NCBI RefSeq assembly: GCF_036321535.1
Contig: NC_087437.1
Span: 103,480,001 to 103,544,000 of the forward strand
Origin: Camelus dromedarius
Taxonomy: Eukaryota
Length of the DNA: 64,000 bases
Direction: 5' to 3'
Below the pieces are notes generated by a model. That model was not told the origin of the DNA. It saw only the letters and a list, made by a program, of their open reading frames with translations, and did no database searches. This document shows, piece after piece, positions 1 to 12,851 of this stretch (positions are counted from its first letter, which is position 1; the number at the start of each line of letters is the position of its first letter). Made by a program: the position numbers and the translations under genes.

Positions 1-198
1 TTGTAATTTTACAATACATATCCCCATGTCTTATCATTTTTGTTCCTATCTTTAATTTTTTTTAAAATAGCATTTGTTATCTTAAATTAGAAGTAAATCT
101 TTTTACTGATTTATTTTTGATCTCACCACCCAAATGTAAACCACTCAAAGATATAAACTCTTCTACTTTTGTGTCTAAACTAATGCTCTGACATTGTG

Positions 199-571
199 TT
201 TCTTAAACAGTTCAGGCTGCTATAACAAAATACCGCAGACTGGGTAACATATAAATAACAAACATGTATTTCTCACAGTTCTGGAGACTGGGAAGCCCAA
301 GATGAAGGCGCCAACATGGCTGTGTTCTGGTGAGAGCTCTCTTCTTAGTGCAGAGCTGTCACCTTCTCCCTCCTGTTCGTCTCCTCATATGGTAAAGGGG
401 GTTAAAAACACCTCTGGAGCCTCTTTTATGAGAGCACTAATCCCATTTAGGAAGCCCCCACCATCAGGACTTGGGCACCTCCCAAAGGAGTCACCTCCTA
501 ACACCTTCATCTTTGATTTTAGGATTTTAATATATAAATTTTGGGGTAACACAAATGTTCAGATCACAGCA
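199..571 (-). mobile_element. MaLR solo LTR, MLT1A/MLT1A0-like
   Basis: Carries the antisense MLT1A signature 'ttcaggctgctataacaaaataccgcagactggg...atttctcacagttctggagactgggaagcccaagat' and ends 'ttggggtaacacaaatgttcagatcacagca'. It accounts for ORF 302..574. Confidence 0.85.
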
Positions 572-1604
572 TAGTCATATTTCCTTATGAAATGAATCAG
601 TCTGTCTTAAGCTACCTGACTTCCCATTTCAAAGAATAACAACCTAAAATGGAGGTCATCTGACCATTAATCCAATTATTTGATAAAATGGATAAATTAT
701 TTGACTGAATGCATAAGCTCCAAATCTGGGCTTCCTCATGTTACCCAAAAGTTAAAAAAATGTATAAGAGAAATTTTGAAAAATACAAAACCAAACCCAT
801 CACTTACAATGCTGAAGTTTTTCCATAGACAAAGTGAGGACAATTTACTTTCAGTTTCTAGAATATTCCAACAGGAAAGCAGTCAGAATGTAAGGCTATG
901 GTATGTAGCTCTAACTGGAGAATTTATACCTTATTTAAAGAGATAGCAGGTACTCCAGGAAGGAGTGTCTGGTTGCTAGGTGAAACGAAGGTTATCATAT
1001 CTTCCATTTTTTTTATTTTCAAATAAGTTTGAAATCTGGATATTAAGTTAGTTTCCCTAGAGATTCAAGTTTTGCAGCTTAATTCTAAATTTCTTTTTAA
1101 ATAGGGCAAACAATGTTTGAAGAGAAACTTTTAGCCACAGAGCCCTATGCATTCACCATTCTAAGAATCTTTTAGTATCATTTTTACTCAAATGTACATT
1201 CTATTCAGGGACATCATACAAATTCATATGTGAAATTTACCATTGTAGTTATTGTTGGAATAACTAAAAAGTATTGCTTATAACATAAATATACACTCTT
1301 TGGAAAATTTAACTTAGTCCTCAACATTTTGTCCTCAGAAATGGATGGGTTTTCATTTTACAAATACTGTGAATTAAGTAATAAAAAATGTTTCATTTTT
1401 GTAATAACTGTGGAGAAACTATTGCCATTCAATTCAAACAAATATTGGATATCACGACATGGATTTTGGATGACTTTAATTCATGGCATCACTAAATTCT
1501 AATGAAAATTGAGATATACTCTAAATAAAACTCTAAGATGATATTCTATTTTTATGATATTCCAATCTATAATGTATGAAGTGTGAAATACAACTATGAA
1601 GTAT

Positions 1605-1710
1605 AAGCTTTGTCTGTTTTGTTCCCATTGCATGTTACTAGTACCCAGAAAAGTGTCTGGCATGTGGTAGATGCTCAATAAATATTTTTTGTTGACTGAA
1701 TGAATGAATC
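1605..1710 (+). mobile_element. L2 3' end
   Basis: 'tgtctggcatgtggtagatgctcaataaatat...tgaatgaatgaat' is the typical L2 terminus. Confidence 0.75.
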
Positions 1711-3145
1711 CATTAACATGTAAATCAGATGCCTGCTAGTATTAAAAGCTATACTAAATACTTTATATGAAGTAGTTATTTGATAAAAAGTCATTTGAAT
1801 TTTTATATATATATATGTCTTAATTCTCATCTTACAAATGATGGAATCGAGACTAAAAGAAGTTACAAAATCAGTTCATTATCACACATTTAGGATAATA
1901 CTGTACCTCTCAAAACCCCATGCTATTTCCATTATTTCATTATTTTAAAAAATGATTTTTAAATCACATACACTACGTGATTGTGGAAGTGATTAATAGT
2001 TTGTTAAATTTGTTCTGAAACATAAATAAAAAAGCATGTCTCTTAGAATAATCTTTCTTAAGGAGAAATTACATTAACCAAGATAAGAAAAAATCAGTAG
2101 TTTGGATGTTAAGATTCATGGTAGTAATAGGATGCTGTGCAAATAGGAAACAAAATTATTGCCATATATTTAGTTTTTGACAGCCCTTGTATTTTTAAAA
2201 CAAATGTTAATTTATAAAAATAAGGAACAGCGATATATAGCATGCTATCATATTTCCGGTGCCTATTATGTTTATAAAAATTCTATTTACAAACAAAAGG
2301 CTTAATAGAATCATACTATTTTAATTTCTATGTTGTCAATAAAAGCCCTAGCTCCACATTCTAATAAAGCCTAAGAAGAAAATCAGATATTATCTTGATG
2401 TAGATATTAACACTTGCTTTGAGGTGGATGCCAACAATGTAGAGAACATATATGGAGTGAGGAATCCTGATAAAACTAGTAGATCACTCTTAAATCCTCC
2501 ACCTTTAAGATTTATTACAGAGAGAGTTCCTGAAGCTATAGATATCTGAAGGCTTTCTGGTTATAGAAAATCTAGTGATTACCCAGACTTTATTCTTATT
2601 TTTCTATTTTTAGTGGCATTTTAGGTCTTTGGATAGCTTTAAGATAGGATAGAGGGAAGGTTTCAAGAAAAAAAAATTCTTCTGAATTTATTTTCTAATA
2701 CTAAATATAAATCCAAATATATAAAGAATAACTTGCCTGTTGGGATTACAGATATTACAGACAGTAGAATTTATATCACAATATTTAATTAGTATATCAT
2801 CATTATAAAACTGATTTTTAAGTTACACCTTTATTACAAGTATTTGAAAATTTAACAATAAACTTTGGGTATGTTTTGTTGTGAAAGGAGCTGCTATTTC
2901 TTCAACTTTAAATTTTATATGTCACTAGATATTTATTGTGATGTTTAAAGCTTAAAATTGAAAATATGCCTATTTCTCCAAATAGGAACCAACTGACTAA
3001 ATTTAAAAATAAAACTGCATTTATGGAAATATTTTAACATTTATAGTATATGATATCCAAATATTCTAGAAATATTAACAAACTAACAAAATAGGAGATG
3101 CTACTGTTAATATTCACTCTGAATTTTGAGAAGTATAAAGAACTA

Positions 3146-3385
3146 TAAGCATACAAGCTCCAGAGTCAAATTGCCAAGGTTTCGGTTTGACTTTGTTACC
3201 TACTGGTTGTGTGAGTTTGGTCAAGTAGATTAACCCCTCTGTGACTTAATCTCCTCATCTTTAAAACAGAAAAAAAAAAAAAAAAAAAGCATCTGCAAAG
3301 GGATTCTTTGAAGACAATGGAATTAAACTCTATATAAAGCAATAGAATTATGTCTATCACAGAGTAATCATTCAATAACTCATTC
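3146..3385 (+). mobile_element. MIR SINE
   Basis: MIR core 'tgtgtgagtttggtcaagtagattaacccctctgtgacttaatctcctcatctttaaaac', with an expanded internal A run. Confidence 0.8.
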
Positions 3386-3604
3386 TTCAATGTGAGGACT
3401 CTTCAGGACTTAAACAAAATCCATTAAATTCTTCAAGGTCCAGTACTGTGAAATGAGGTCTGGAGTGGATTACTCGCTGTATATGTGTGTATATATATGT
3501 ATACATATGTATATGTAGATATATCTTCATCATTTCACTCCATAGAAACACCTGTTTTCTCTATCTTATTATTAAGTTTGAAAAAGAGCTGTCAATTTTC
3601 TTTC

Positions 3605-3845
3605 GTTTGTTTGTCAACAAACTTATTTTGAACCTCTACGTGGGCCAGGAACCTTCTGAAATGCTTTGCATATATTAGCTCATTTAATCCTCAAAAAAAT
3701 CTCTCCTAAGTATCATTGTATATATTTTCCAAAGAAAGAAGCAGGTCTCAAAGCAGTTAGTAATGTACTAAATATTATCCAACTAGTAGGAGGTAGAACC
3801 AGGGTTCTAACCAGGGTTTTTGTGACTTGAAAACACATACTCATT
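3605..3845 (-). mobile_element. MIR SINE
   Basis: Antisense MIR sequence 'ctcatttaatcctca...ccaactagtaggaggtagaaccagggttctaacccagg'-like. Confidence 0.75.
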
Positions 3846-4008
3846 ATCATCCCCTTAGACTTAGTCTGATTGAGCCTCTGAGGTTGAGGACAATAGAAGA
3901 GATTCCTGCTACTCAAAAAAATTGGGATTAAGACAGATAACAAAGTTCGATGATTTAGGATATGTGTGAAATCAACACTAAATTTCTTTTCTTCACAATG
4001 AAGGGAAC

Positions 4009-4355
4009 TGTTACGGACTGAACATTTGTGACCCTCCCACACCAAATTCCTATGTGAAGCTCTAACTCTCATTGTGATGATATGTGAAGGGGAACTCTTG
4101 GGAGGTAATTAGGCTTGATGAGGTCATAGGGGTATACCCCCTGCCATGGTATTAGTGTCTTTATAAGAACAGGAAGAATTTGTTCTCTGTGAGGACACAG
4201 TAACAAGGCGGCCATTCAAAAGACAGGAATAGGGCTCTCGCCAGGAATCAGATCTGCTGGTACCTTCATCATGGACTCCCCAGCATCTAGAACTGTCAGA
4301 AATAAATACCTGATACTTTAGATTGTATTTTGTTTTAAGAACCCAATCTAAGACA
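4009..4355 (+). mobile_element. MaLR solo LTR, MLT1A-like, with 5-bp TSD
   Basis: TG...CA termini (tgttacggactgaac...ctaagaca). Flanks are GGAAC (4004-4008) and GGAAT (4356-4360). Confidence 0.88.
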
Positions 4356-5999
4356 GGAATTGATTAGAATTTTTGATTATCAGATTCCATCTTCTCCATC
4401 CTTCAAAAACTCCTTCATTGTTATTCCATTTTCAGTGTACCACTTGCCTTAGCTCTTCTCACAACAAGGTAACCTCTTCTTTTTCTGTTTCAATCACGTG
4501 AAGATTCCTAGCACATAATAGGTGTTCAGTAAATATTGTCATTTGTTTATGTGATCCTTCCTCTGGCAATTTGCAGTTCTTCTCACTATTTCATTCTCAA
4601 ATTATTCTATGGCCAGATGAATAGAATTTCCTGTCTCCTATTTTCACTCTATCAAGAATTAACATGTTTAATACAAACTCTTCTATATTGGTATAAATTC
4701 CAATGTCAAGAAACTTTCAAATGATACTATGGGAGTTGAATGCCCTCCTCAAAGCAGGCTGATATAATTACTTTCCTCATGGGTCACAGTTGCTCCATTA
4801 TCATTCATTTTTCCTGCAGGCTTCCTAAGAAAATTTCAACTGTTCCTGGAGTAAGTTGACCTCAAAGGGTCCAAATGTTCAGCATGATTTTTCTGAGTTC
4901 AAAAAAATTACATACTGTTTTTTAAACTAATTTTTAGTAACCAGAGTAATAGCAAGTAGAATGATGAATGCTGTGTTTTATCACAATATTTTGTACGATT
5001 CATAATCCTCCTATTTTTTTCACACATAGGTTCATAACATGACGTTCTTGACTGTCACTGAGACCTCAAAACACTGACCTACTAAAATTTTTAAAAAATA
5101 ATAAGGCTTGTTGAGAGAGTTGAAGCATGCTTTCTAAATTTATTGCTTCACTGAGCCAGCAGCCACTGTTGCCCTCAGATAATAGATCCAATGAGACTAA
5201 TGGTACGTTCCTCACAGGTTTAAGCACCCCTCCTGCTGTTTTCAGATAACAACGAACACACACAAAATGTGTAATCTTTGAGTTTAAGATTTATAATCAC
5301 AGCAAATCACAGCTAATCTTTTTTTTTTCAGCAAAACTGACAGAATACTAATGATAAAATTAGGTTAAAAATATATATTTTATCTGAGCTGCCATACTAT
5401 CCTTAGCTGATATAATAATAGAATTTGGGATTAAACACAGATTTTACAAATGTAGTGTTAAATATTTTAGGCCCATATCTGCTGATCATAGAGTGCTAAA
5501 TCAGAATCAACGTGGCTGCTTTAAAGTATATAATCACCTTTAATTTTCAGGATCAAAAATAATCTATTTTTTGATCAGTTACTTTCTAATACATTCTGGG
5601 ATTTATATGGGGAAGTAAATTGGAAGTTTTACTTGAAACATCTAGTAAAATCAGAAGAGAATGACTGAGCAGGTATGTGTATCTATCTGTGTGTGTGTGT
5701 GTCTGTGTGAAAAATTCAGATGAGTGAATTATACTTAAGAATACCAAAATTATATAAAAAGAACACTATACAATAATTTTGTAAACCTTTACTTTGAACT
5801 TTTCGTCAACGTAACTTATCAGCATAAACTTAGGGCTAGTTTGTAATTTTTTTTATTCATCAAGTTACCAATAAATAAGCCAGTGTTGTATATGACTTCA
5901 TTTATTTAAAACAAATGTAAACAAAACATCTTAGAGGGATTTTTTTTAAGCATAAAATGCCTTTGAGATGAAAAACAAGGCAAATTAACTCATTACTTA

Positions 6000-6500
6000 T
6001 GTGAACGAAAATACTGCAATGTGAATGAAAATACTGCAACCATATCAGTAAACAGACTGCTGAAGCCATCAAGTCATCAGCTGCTGCCCCAACCCCCAGT
6101 GAAGACAAGCCTGCAGCCCGGCCTCTGCAGCCACTCACAATGGTGCACCCTGAGGGGACTCAGAATAAGAAAGGACAGGACACTGGACCTAGAGAGCTAG
6201 GTGCTTGTCAAAGGAATGAATTCAATAAGCCCAAATGTTTGCTTCCTCCCTACATAGAAAAGCACTAAATTCTTTAACTTGAGATGTCTGGTTTTCTTTA
6301 GACAACAAGTAATCTTTTATTGTTCCAACTACCTGGTCTTTGTTGTAAAGCTCCTATATATCCTAGCTCCTCCCCTACCTCTTCAGAGCAGTCCCTCAGA
6401 GCCATCTGAGAGACTGTCATCCCAGCTCGAGTCTTCAGAATTGTCCACCAAACAAAACATAACTCTCAACTTTTAAGTTGTACCTTAAATTCAGTTGATG
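6000..6500 (+). mobile_element. ERV1-class solo LTR, MER41-like cetartiodactyl family
   Basis: Starts tgtgaacgaaaatactgc. It has a TATA-like 'cctatatatcc', the MER41-type block 'gagcagtccctcagagccatctgagagactgtc', a degenerate poly(A) signal and a degenerate end 'tcagttgatg'. Confidence 0.75.
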
Positions 6501-6746
6501 CTGGTTACAATTAAAGACATATATGATTTATTTATTAACAACTGCCATGTTTGCATTTTTGACATATGTAATTTCAATTCTCTAAAGAAAATTGTGTACC
6601 TATTTTCACACTGATATTTGATCAAAGGAATAACACAATGGCATCCCTAAAACACTTTCTTAGCCTGAATCTAACCTGCATCAATAGTGTGAAGTGAACG
6701 CTGTTGTTATTAGTGTCCCGTTTATAGTGTGTAGTGTGTAGGCTTA

Positions 6747-6747
<1 letters not shown>

Positions 6748-6798
<51 letters not shown>
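6748..6798 (+). repeat. (AC)n microsatellite, about 25 units
   Basis: Perfect dinucleotide run seen directly. Confidence 0.97.
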
Positions 6799-6800
<2 letters not shown>

Positions 6801-6834
6801 CTTTCAAATGTCCTTCTTCTGAATTGTTTCTTTA

Positions 6835-7003
6835 TTGCCCTTGCTATTCAAAGTGTGATTAGAGGGTTTGCAGGATCAAGTCACTGGGAAGCTTGAATGA
6901 AATGTGATCTCTTGGGCCTTATAAAGACTTACTGAATTAGAATCTACGTTTTAAATAGAATTCCCAAATGACTCATATGGACATTAAAGTTGGAATAGCA
7001 CTG
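6835..7003. mobile_element. MER5A1-like hAT-Charlie MITE
   Basis: 'ctattcaaagtgtg...acttactgaattagaatct...tgactcatatggacattaaagttggaatagcactg'. Confidence 0.75.
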
Positions 7004-7379
7004 ATGTAGACTACCTTCACGTTGTAGCAGAGGTAATCTTTGTATGGGCTGAAGGCAAACATTGATCTCTGATAGTGAACCATGCACCATGTACCATATC
7101 ACAGACCTGATTCACAATCCATAAATCTGTCTATATTTTTATAAGCACATAAATATGTCATTTCTATATGGTGATATACTCCTGATATGTTTATCAGAAG
7201 ATATATTATTAATTAGTATCATTAATAATTATGTATTCTGGAATATACAATCCAACAGAGAGTATAAAAATATTGAATCTCTTGAATAAGAGGGGTTATA
7301 AGTTAAATAACTAAAAGAGGTAAAATATTAAATGTTACTAGAGTCTCAAAAATTTTTTTAAGTAACAGCCACTTGGAAA

Positions 7380-8720
7380 AAAATCATTATGGGGCAAGCT
7401 TCATTTAAATTTGAATTGAAGAAGAATAAAATGCCAATAAATGTAGCTAGGAACTTGTTTCTGAGATGGAAGGTTAGAGCATGAGTCCAGATGTAGGAGA
7501 AAGGGTTTTTAAGTGAGTAAGTAGTTAGTCTGTTACTTGAAATGTCTTACATGATAGGAGTTAAAAATTAAGACAGGCAAAGTGAATTGGAGTGATATTA
7601 TTAAGAGGTTAGGAACCTATCTTGAGGGGTTTTTTTTACTATATGAGGTATTGTGATGTTTGAATGACTTTCTTTAAGGGACCAATGTGATAGAATCAAG
7701 GTGTGATGGTTAATCTTATGTATCATTTTGAGTCAGCCAAGGGTGCCCAGAGTAAATACTTTTGGGTGTCTCTGTGAGCGAGTTTCTAGATAAGATTAGC
7801 ATTGGAATTGATGAGCTCAGTAATGTTGCTAGCCCTCCCAATGTGGGGGGGGGGTGCATTGTCCACCTGCTGAATCCTAAATAAAACTTCAATAAAAATG
7901 TATATATATTAAAAAAAAAAAAAAAGAAGGTGGAGAGGGGAAGAAAAAGCAATTTGCCCCTTTTACTTCTTCATGCCTGCCTACTTGAGCTGGAACATTG
8001 ATCCTCTCCTGCCCTTGACTGCAATTTACATCATCTGTTTTCCTGGTTCTGAGGCCTTCAGACTCAGGGAATCATACCACTGTCTTTTCTGAATCTCCAG
8101 CTTACAGGTGGCATATATACACATATATGGCATTGCATAGACCAATTATATATATATATATGTGTATATATATATATATACACACATATATATGTATATG
8201 TATATAATATTAGCTGTTTTTCTGGACAACTCTGACTAATGCACAACTTTTTGAAAAAATCAGTCCATTTGTTGTTAAAAAAAAAAAAAAGATTGTAGAA
8301 AAGAAAGAGAAAAAGCTGGGAAAATAGTTTGTCCTTGAGAAACCCAGGATACGAATGAGGATGAAGGCAGTAAGGATAGATAAAGGGGTTATTTAAAGAC
8401 ATTTCGGAGATATGATCTATAGGACTGGGAGCTGATTGTGTAAAGCAAGTGAAAAGGAATACAGAATAAATGTTAACTAGAGAGTTTTAATCCTGGTTGA
8501 GAGAGGATAATCAAGCCATTAACAGAAATTAAGAAACAGAAAAAGCATCAGATGCAGCTTTGGACACATCGATGTGAATTAGTCAACATTCGGGTATTTA
8601 AGTGTCTGTGTCCATGAGATAATGAATGAAGGGAGAGAAAGATTTGTTGTGCATATTTGAGAGTTATCAGTACATAAAAAATAGCTGGAAATGTGGAAGT
8701 GTATGAGATTCCAGTGGGCC
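7380..8720 (-). mobile_element. Degenerate L2, interrupted by an MLT2 LTR
   Basis: Purine-rich antisense L2 sequence on both sides of the MLT2, e.g. 'ataggactgggagctgattgtg', 'gcagctttggacacatcg' and 'catatttgagagttatcagtacata'. Confidence 0.6.
7702..8243 (+). mobile_element. ERVL solo LTR, MLT2-like, with internal (TA)n
   Basis: Starts tgtgatggttaatcttatgt and ends 'tctggacaactctgactaatgca'. It has the low-complexity tract usual near the MLT2 3' end. Confidence 0.88.
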
Positions 8721-8904
8721 TGAAGGGAACAGATTGGGATGTGTTTTACTTTCTTTTGCCCTCTTCTGGGTCTAACGGTATGGGCATCCCAGGCAAAAAT
8801 CTGCTTGATTGTGACCTTTCTTACATCTATTTAATTCTTCCCTTTTTAGTCAGTTACACAAGTTGCTAAAAGCAGGCTTCTCTCACTCTGATAAATGTGA
8901 CAAA

Positions 8905-9390
8905 ACAGCTAGTTTTCCTCAGTATCCATTTTCTCCTTTCTGCTAAGTATAGAACTTACTTTAGCTGTGGCTTTAATAAGTTTCTCCTTCCTCCCCCCAG
9001 AAAAGATCTCTCTAACTTCCTTTGCAGCTCTTGTCACCACACAATACAATTTTTATCAATGTGATAAAGGCAGAAGTCACTGGGAACCCTTTAAAGGGTT
9101 AATTCAATATGCACCTCATTTGTGTTTGGACTTCTAACTTCAGGAAATACCAGCTTAATTAATGGCTAGATCTCTGGCAGCCACATTGCAAATGTAAACA
9201 TGAGGATCATACCAAAAGGATGGAGACAAATGACGTCAGAATGGGACTGGTTTGCTTTCAAAACTTGTTGGAGCCACAGTATCAGTCCCAGACTTTTTTT
9301 TAAGTTCTTAAAAGGAAAAAAATTCATTGGTTTAAACCATTATTTTAGAGCTCATTGCTTCTCTCGCCCAGATGCTGTTCTTAACTGCTA
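8905..9390 (+). mobile_element. Old MaLR LTR (MLT1J-like)
   Basis: 'cttcctttgcagct', 'aggcagaagtcactggg', 'atggctagatctctggcagccacattg' and 'gtttaaaccattatttt...cttaactg'. Confidence 0.6.
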
Positions 9391-10289
9391 AAATTAATTC
9401 AATGTGTTCTTGATCCAATCTTAATCAATCTGAATATGTGGATTTATTATCATCTTGGGCAATGTGTACATTTTAAGGGAAAGAAATCTTAGTGAACCAT
9501 GCTGAGTCTCCGAACCAGTGTGGCTTAACAAGGTGTGTTAAACTAGGAATAGATTTTAAAGAAAGGTGTGGTTTTTAGGTGACAGGCTTATTTATCACTT
9601 TAATATTACTTCAGCTTTCTGTTCCAGTTGCCTTACGTTGATAGGAGCAAGCACAGATTCCATGTTAGCAACTGCAGCATCAATCATAGGTACCAGCTGA
9701 GACAGCAGAACATTAGAAAGTTCCTTGATTCCATATTCTTATCATGCCGGCCTAGTGCAGTGTGAAATGCATGCTGATCTATTAGGGGGTGATAAAAAGC
9801 AACGTGATTAACTAGTGTTTTATATCCTTCGAGATTGACAGCATAAAGAAAATCCCGACATATGGGGGATCTAAGTGGGACTAAGACACATTATATTAAA
9901 AATAGAGAGCCTTATTATTTTCTTTATGATTCATCATTCTTGTCTTCATCAGTTATTTTCCCTTCTCCCAGGACAATAAACAGTGATGTGAAAAAAAAAA
10001 AAGTGCATGATGAACTTAAATTACATAGTCTTAGGACAAATGCAAGTTTTCCTTTTAAGGAGCATCTTAAAATTCCTCAAATTAAACTTTGTAAATGATG
10101 AGATTACAAAAAATCTTCCAATTGAATACAGGACTTCTACTCACACTGCAAGTATATTTGCCTTATCCATTCAAAAACCGAAGCAAAACACAATGGATAG
10201 CTGGTTTATTAATGCTTCATAGGATCCAGGTGAAAAAAGAAAACAATTTTTAGAAAATATGTGAAGAAAAGCTTAATAATTACTAGCAG

Positions 10290-10830
10290 AAACTTGTGGT
10301 TACCTGACCAATAGAAACTTAACTTCTTTTCTGGCAGAATCAAATTTTTGTGTTCATCCTTCACCAACTCAATAAAGAATCAACCATCTCCAGCTCCAGG
10401 GTTCATACTTGATCAGTTAGAACCAGCTATTCAGACTCCATTCTTATTTCCAACGATGGATTTAGGCATTGGCTTGTAAAGCAATTCTATCAAATTTGAT
10501 ATTTTATCTATTTTTAATCCTGTTTCTCAGGAAACTATAGAATATGTTTCCATCATCTTTAAAGAAAAAAATCTTCCCTTCACATTTGCTGGCCTTTTTC
10601 ATTTCTGGCTGGAAATGTTGGCTGGAACCACTGCAGGGTTCCCTTGGCCTTATAAAGAGCTAGCCTGTGAACAAGCCAACATTCTAAGCCAACAAAATTT
10701 TAAAGGCCCACTGGTCCTTAATGAAGTAACTTAGCAGCTAAACTTAAAATCCTGGAGCTTGTAATTTATTTTTTTAAGTTTTAAGCCAGACAAGTAGGGT
10801 TTTTCTCTTACTTGCAGCCCAAAGTATGCT
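10290..10830 (+). mobile_element. Old MaLR LTR (MLT1K/L-like)
   Basis: 'catctcccagctccaggg', 'atggatttaggcattggcttgt', 'gctggaaccactgcag' and the end 'tttaagccag...cttacttgcagcccaaag'. Confidence 0.6.
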
Positions 10831-11002
10831 TATGAGCAAAAAAAAACATGAGCAAATAAATACCACTTGATGCCTACCCGGGTATGCCTAGTAGGATGAA
10901 AAATTTCTTATTCATGGTTTTCTAATTTTTAATGTAAAATAAATGTATTTTCCATTTTCTATTAATTTAAGGGCGATACAGAATGTTTTGGAGTATAGTC
11001 CC

Positions 11003-11173
11003 CATTGGTGTTTTTAAACTGATCACCTGAATACCAGTTCACTGAGGTTAAAAATTCAGATTCCTGGGCACTGCACTAGACATGCTATATCAGCATATTT
11101 AAAGGTGATGATCAAAATTTTTAAATTAAAAGAAAATCTCTTCCAGCTGTACTTAGTTGTTTGAGAAACAATG
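11003..11173. mobile_element. MER5-like MITE
   Basis: 'gtttttaaactg...aaaaattcagattcctgggc...gtttgagaaacaatg' with degenerate terminal inverted repeats (TIRs). Confidence 0.65.
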
Positions 11174-12808
11174 ATAGATGCATAATAAACTTTTTAGTAT
11201 TTCAAAATCTGGGCACCTTTACATCTTCTTCATTAAATAAAAATCCATGGCTTACTATTGTCATCAAGGCTATTTCAAAAACTTTAAAATCTTGTTTTAA
11301 AGCTAAGTAATTCTGCAAAAGTTAGTTCTCTTCACTCCCAAAGATATGTGTCTCATACACTAGAACACAGACAAAACTCATATCAGCATCAGCAGTTTCT
11401 AAGGATTTGTTAAACTTACTTGTAACCATCTTAATCCATTCAGCATGTTCTCTTCAAAAATTTTCCCCCAAATTGAAGGTGCACTGTCATATAATAGATA
11501 AATGGCATTCAAAATTTTAAGACAGCATTTAGATTGTTAGAAATGAGGTTAATAATGCAATTCCTGAAGGATGCAGACTCCGCCATATAAACATGAATGG
11601 ATCAACTTAAGGATGGTTAATTTATGGAAGAGGTAGAATGATTACAACTGTGTTGTTGCCTCTACTGGTTCCCCCAACTAACTGTAGAAGGAAACCTGCT
11701 GTGTTTTTTTAAAAAATGAAAATACTTGTCAGATTCAGCAATGATCAAAGAAATGTGCTTTCTGCGTGGGAGTTGGGCCCCACAACTGAGTTTCATCATC
11801 CACCTGCTGTCATGAGAACCGACAAGAGTCAGTAACAGAAAATAACTCACTGCCCTCGATGTAAACATGAGAATTTATGTGCATTCCTCAGAGATACAAC
11901 TGCAGAGAGGGCCTGAACAATTGCCATCACAGCGTGCTATGGTGTGTACTGGTGACCAAACCAGTTTAGCTGCTGAAGAATAAGACCTTCCCAAAGATGC
12001 AAATGAACAGAAATTTAGAATGTCCCTAATACACTCCGTCAAGGTGTTCTATGTATGGTAATGTGATTTGTTGTGATACATCACATCCCATGAACCATTT
12101 CTAAGAAGAACTGAATATGCAAATATGCCAGCAGAATTGAGGATACAGTACATACCTAGTCCTTAATGTTAAATATGCATGAAACATAATGTCTTCATGT
12201 TTAATTCTATTATAATTTGGAGAGTTACATTTGCGCATTCAAATTTTACATTTCTACTTTTTCTTATTAACATATAGATGTGAGAGCAATTTTCTGCAGC
12301 TACAATAACTTAGGATTTTAAGGCTTCTTCCCTGATGTAGGTAAAATTATTATTATGGGACATGATTAAAGTTGCCACTTTTCTCTTCAATCACTATCAC
12401 ACAATATGAGTTTCTCTTAAAATTCTTCTCAAGGTTATTTGTGCACAATATGTGCTTAGCAACCCATAGTGACAAGTAAAAATATAAAAAGGCATTTTAC
12501 CATAAACATATAAAGGTGTTCAACCTATTGCAGGGTGCACTAATAATTTATTTAAAGCAATCTTCATAAAGTTAGGAGTCTAGCTCTTATTTCTGTTGTT
12601 CTATAAGATGGGTTTTCCAATTATTAACATTCTAAATGGGATAGTATTGTAGGATTTTTTTTGGTGGAAATATAAAACTAGGAGATTTAATTTATTTCTA
12701 ATTAGCATACTTACTTTTCTCATGTACTAAGCTAGAGGTTAGTCTTTCTCTTCGTAGAAAGTGGTACATGTTTCCTGGGCAAACTTACAGAGATCAGTTA
12801 CACTTTGA

Positions 12809-12851
12809 CATATACTGCTGCATAGGAGCATATACTGCTGCATAGGAGCAT
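12809..12851 (+). repeat. Perfect 20-bp tandem duplication
   Basis: catatactgctgcataggag occurs twice, followed by cat. Confidence 0.95.

Noticed and set aside
3146..3845. Inverted MIR pair as a possible dsRNA hairpin
   Set aside because: The copies are far too diverged for stable pairing, and this arrangement is common.
4955..5066. ATGATGA...CTGA, a possible C/D box snoRNA
   Set aside because: It lacks a terminal stem and any recognisable guide sequence. These motifs are common by chance.
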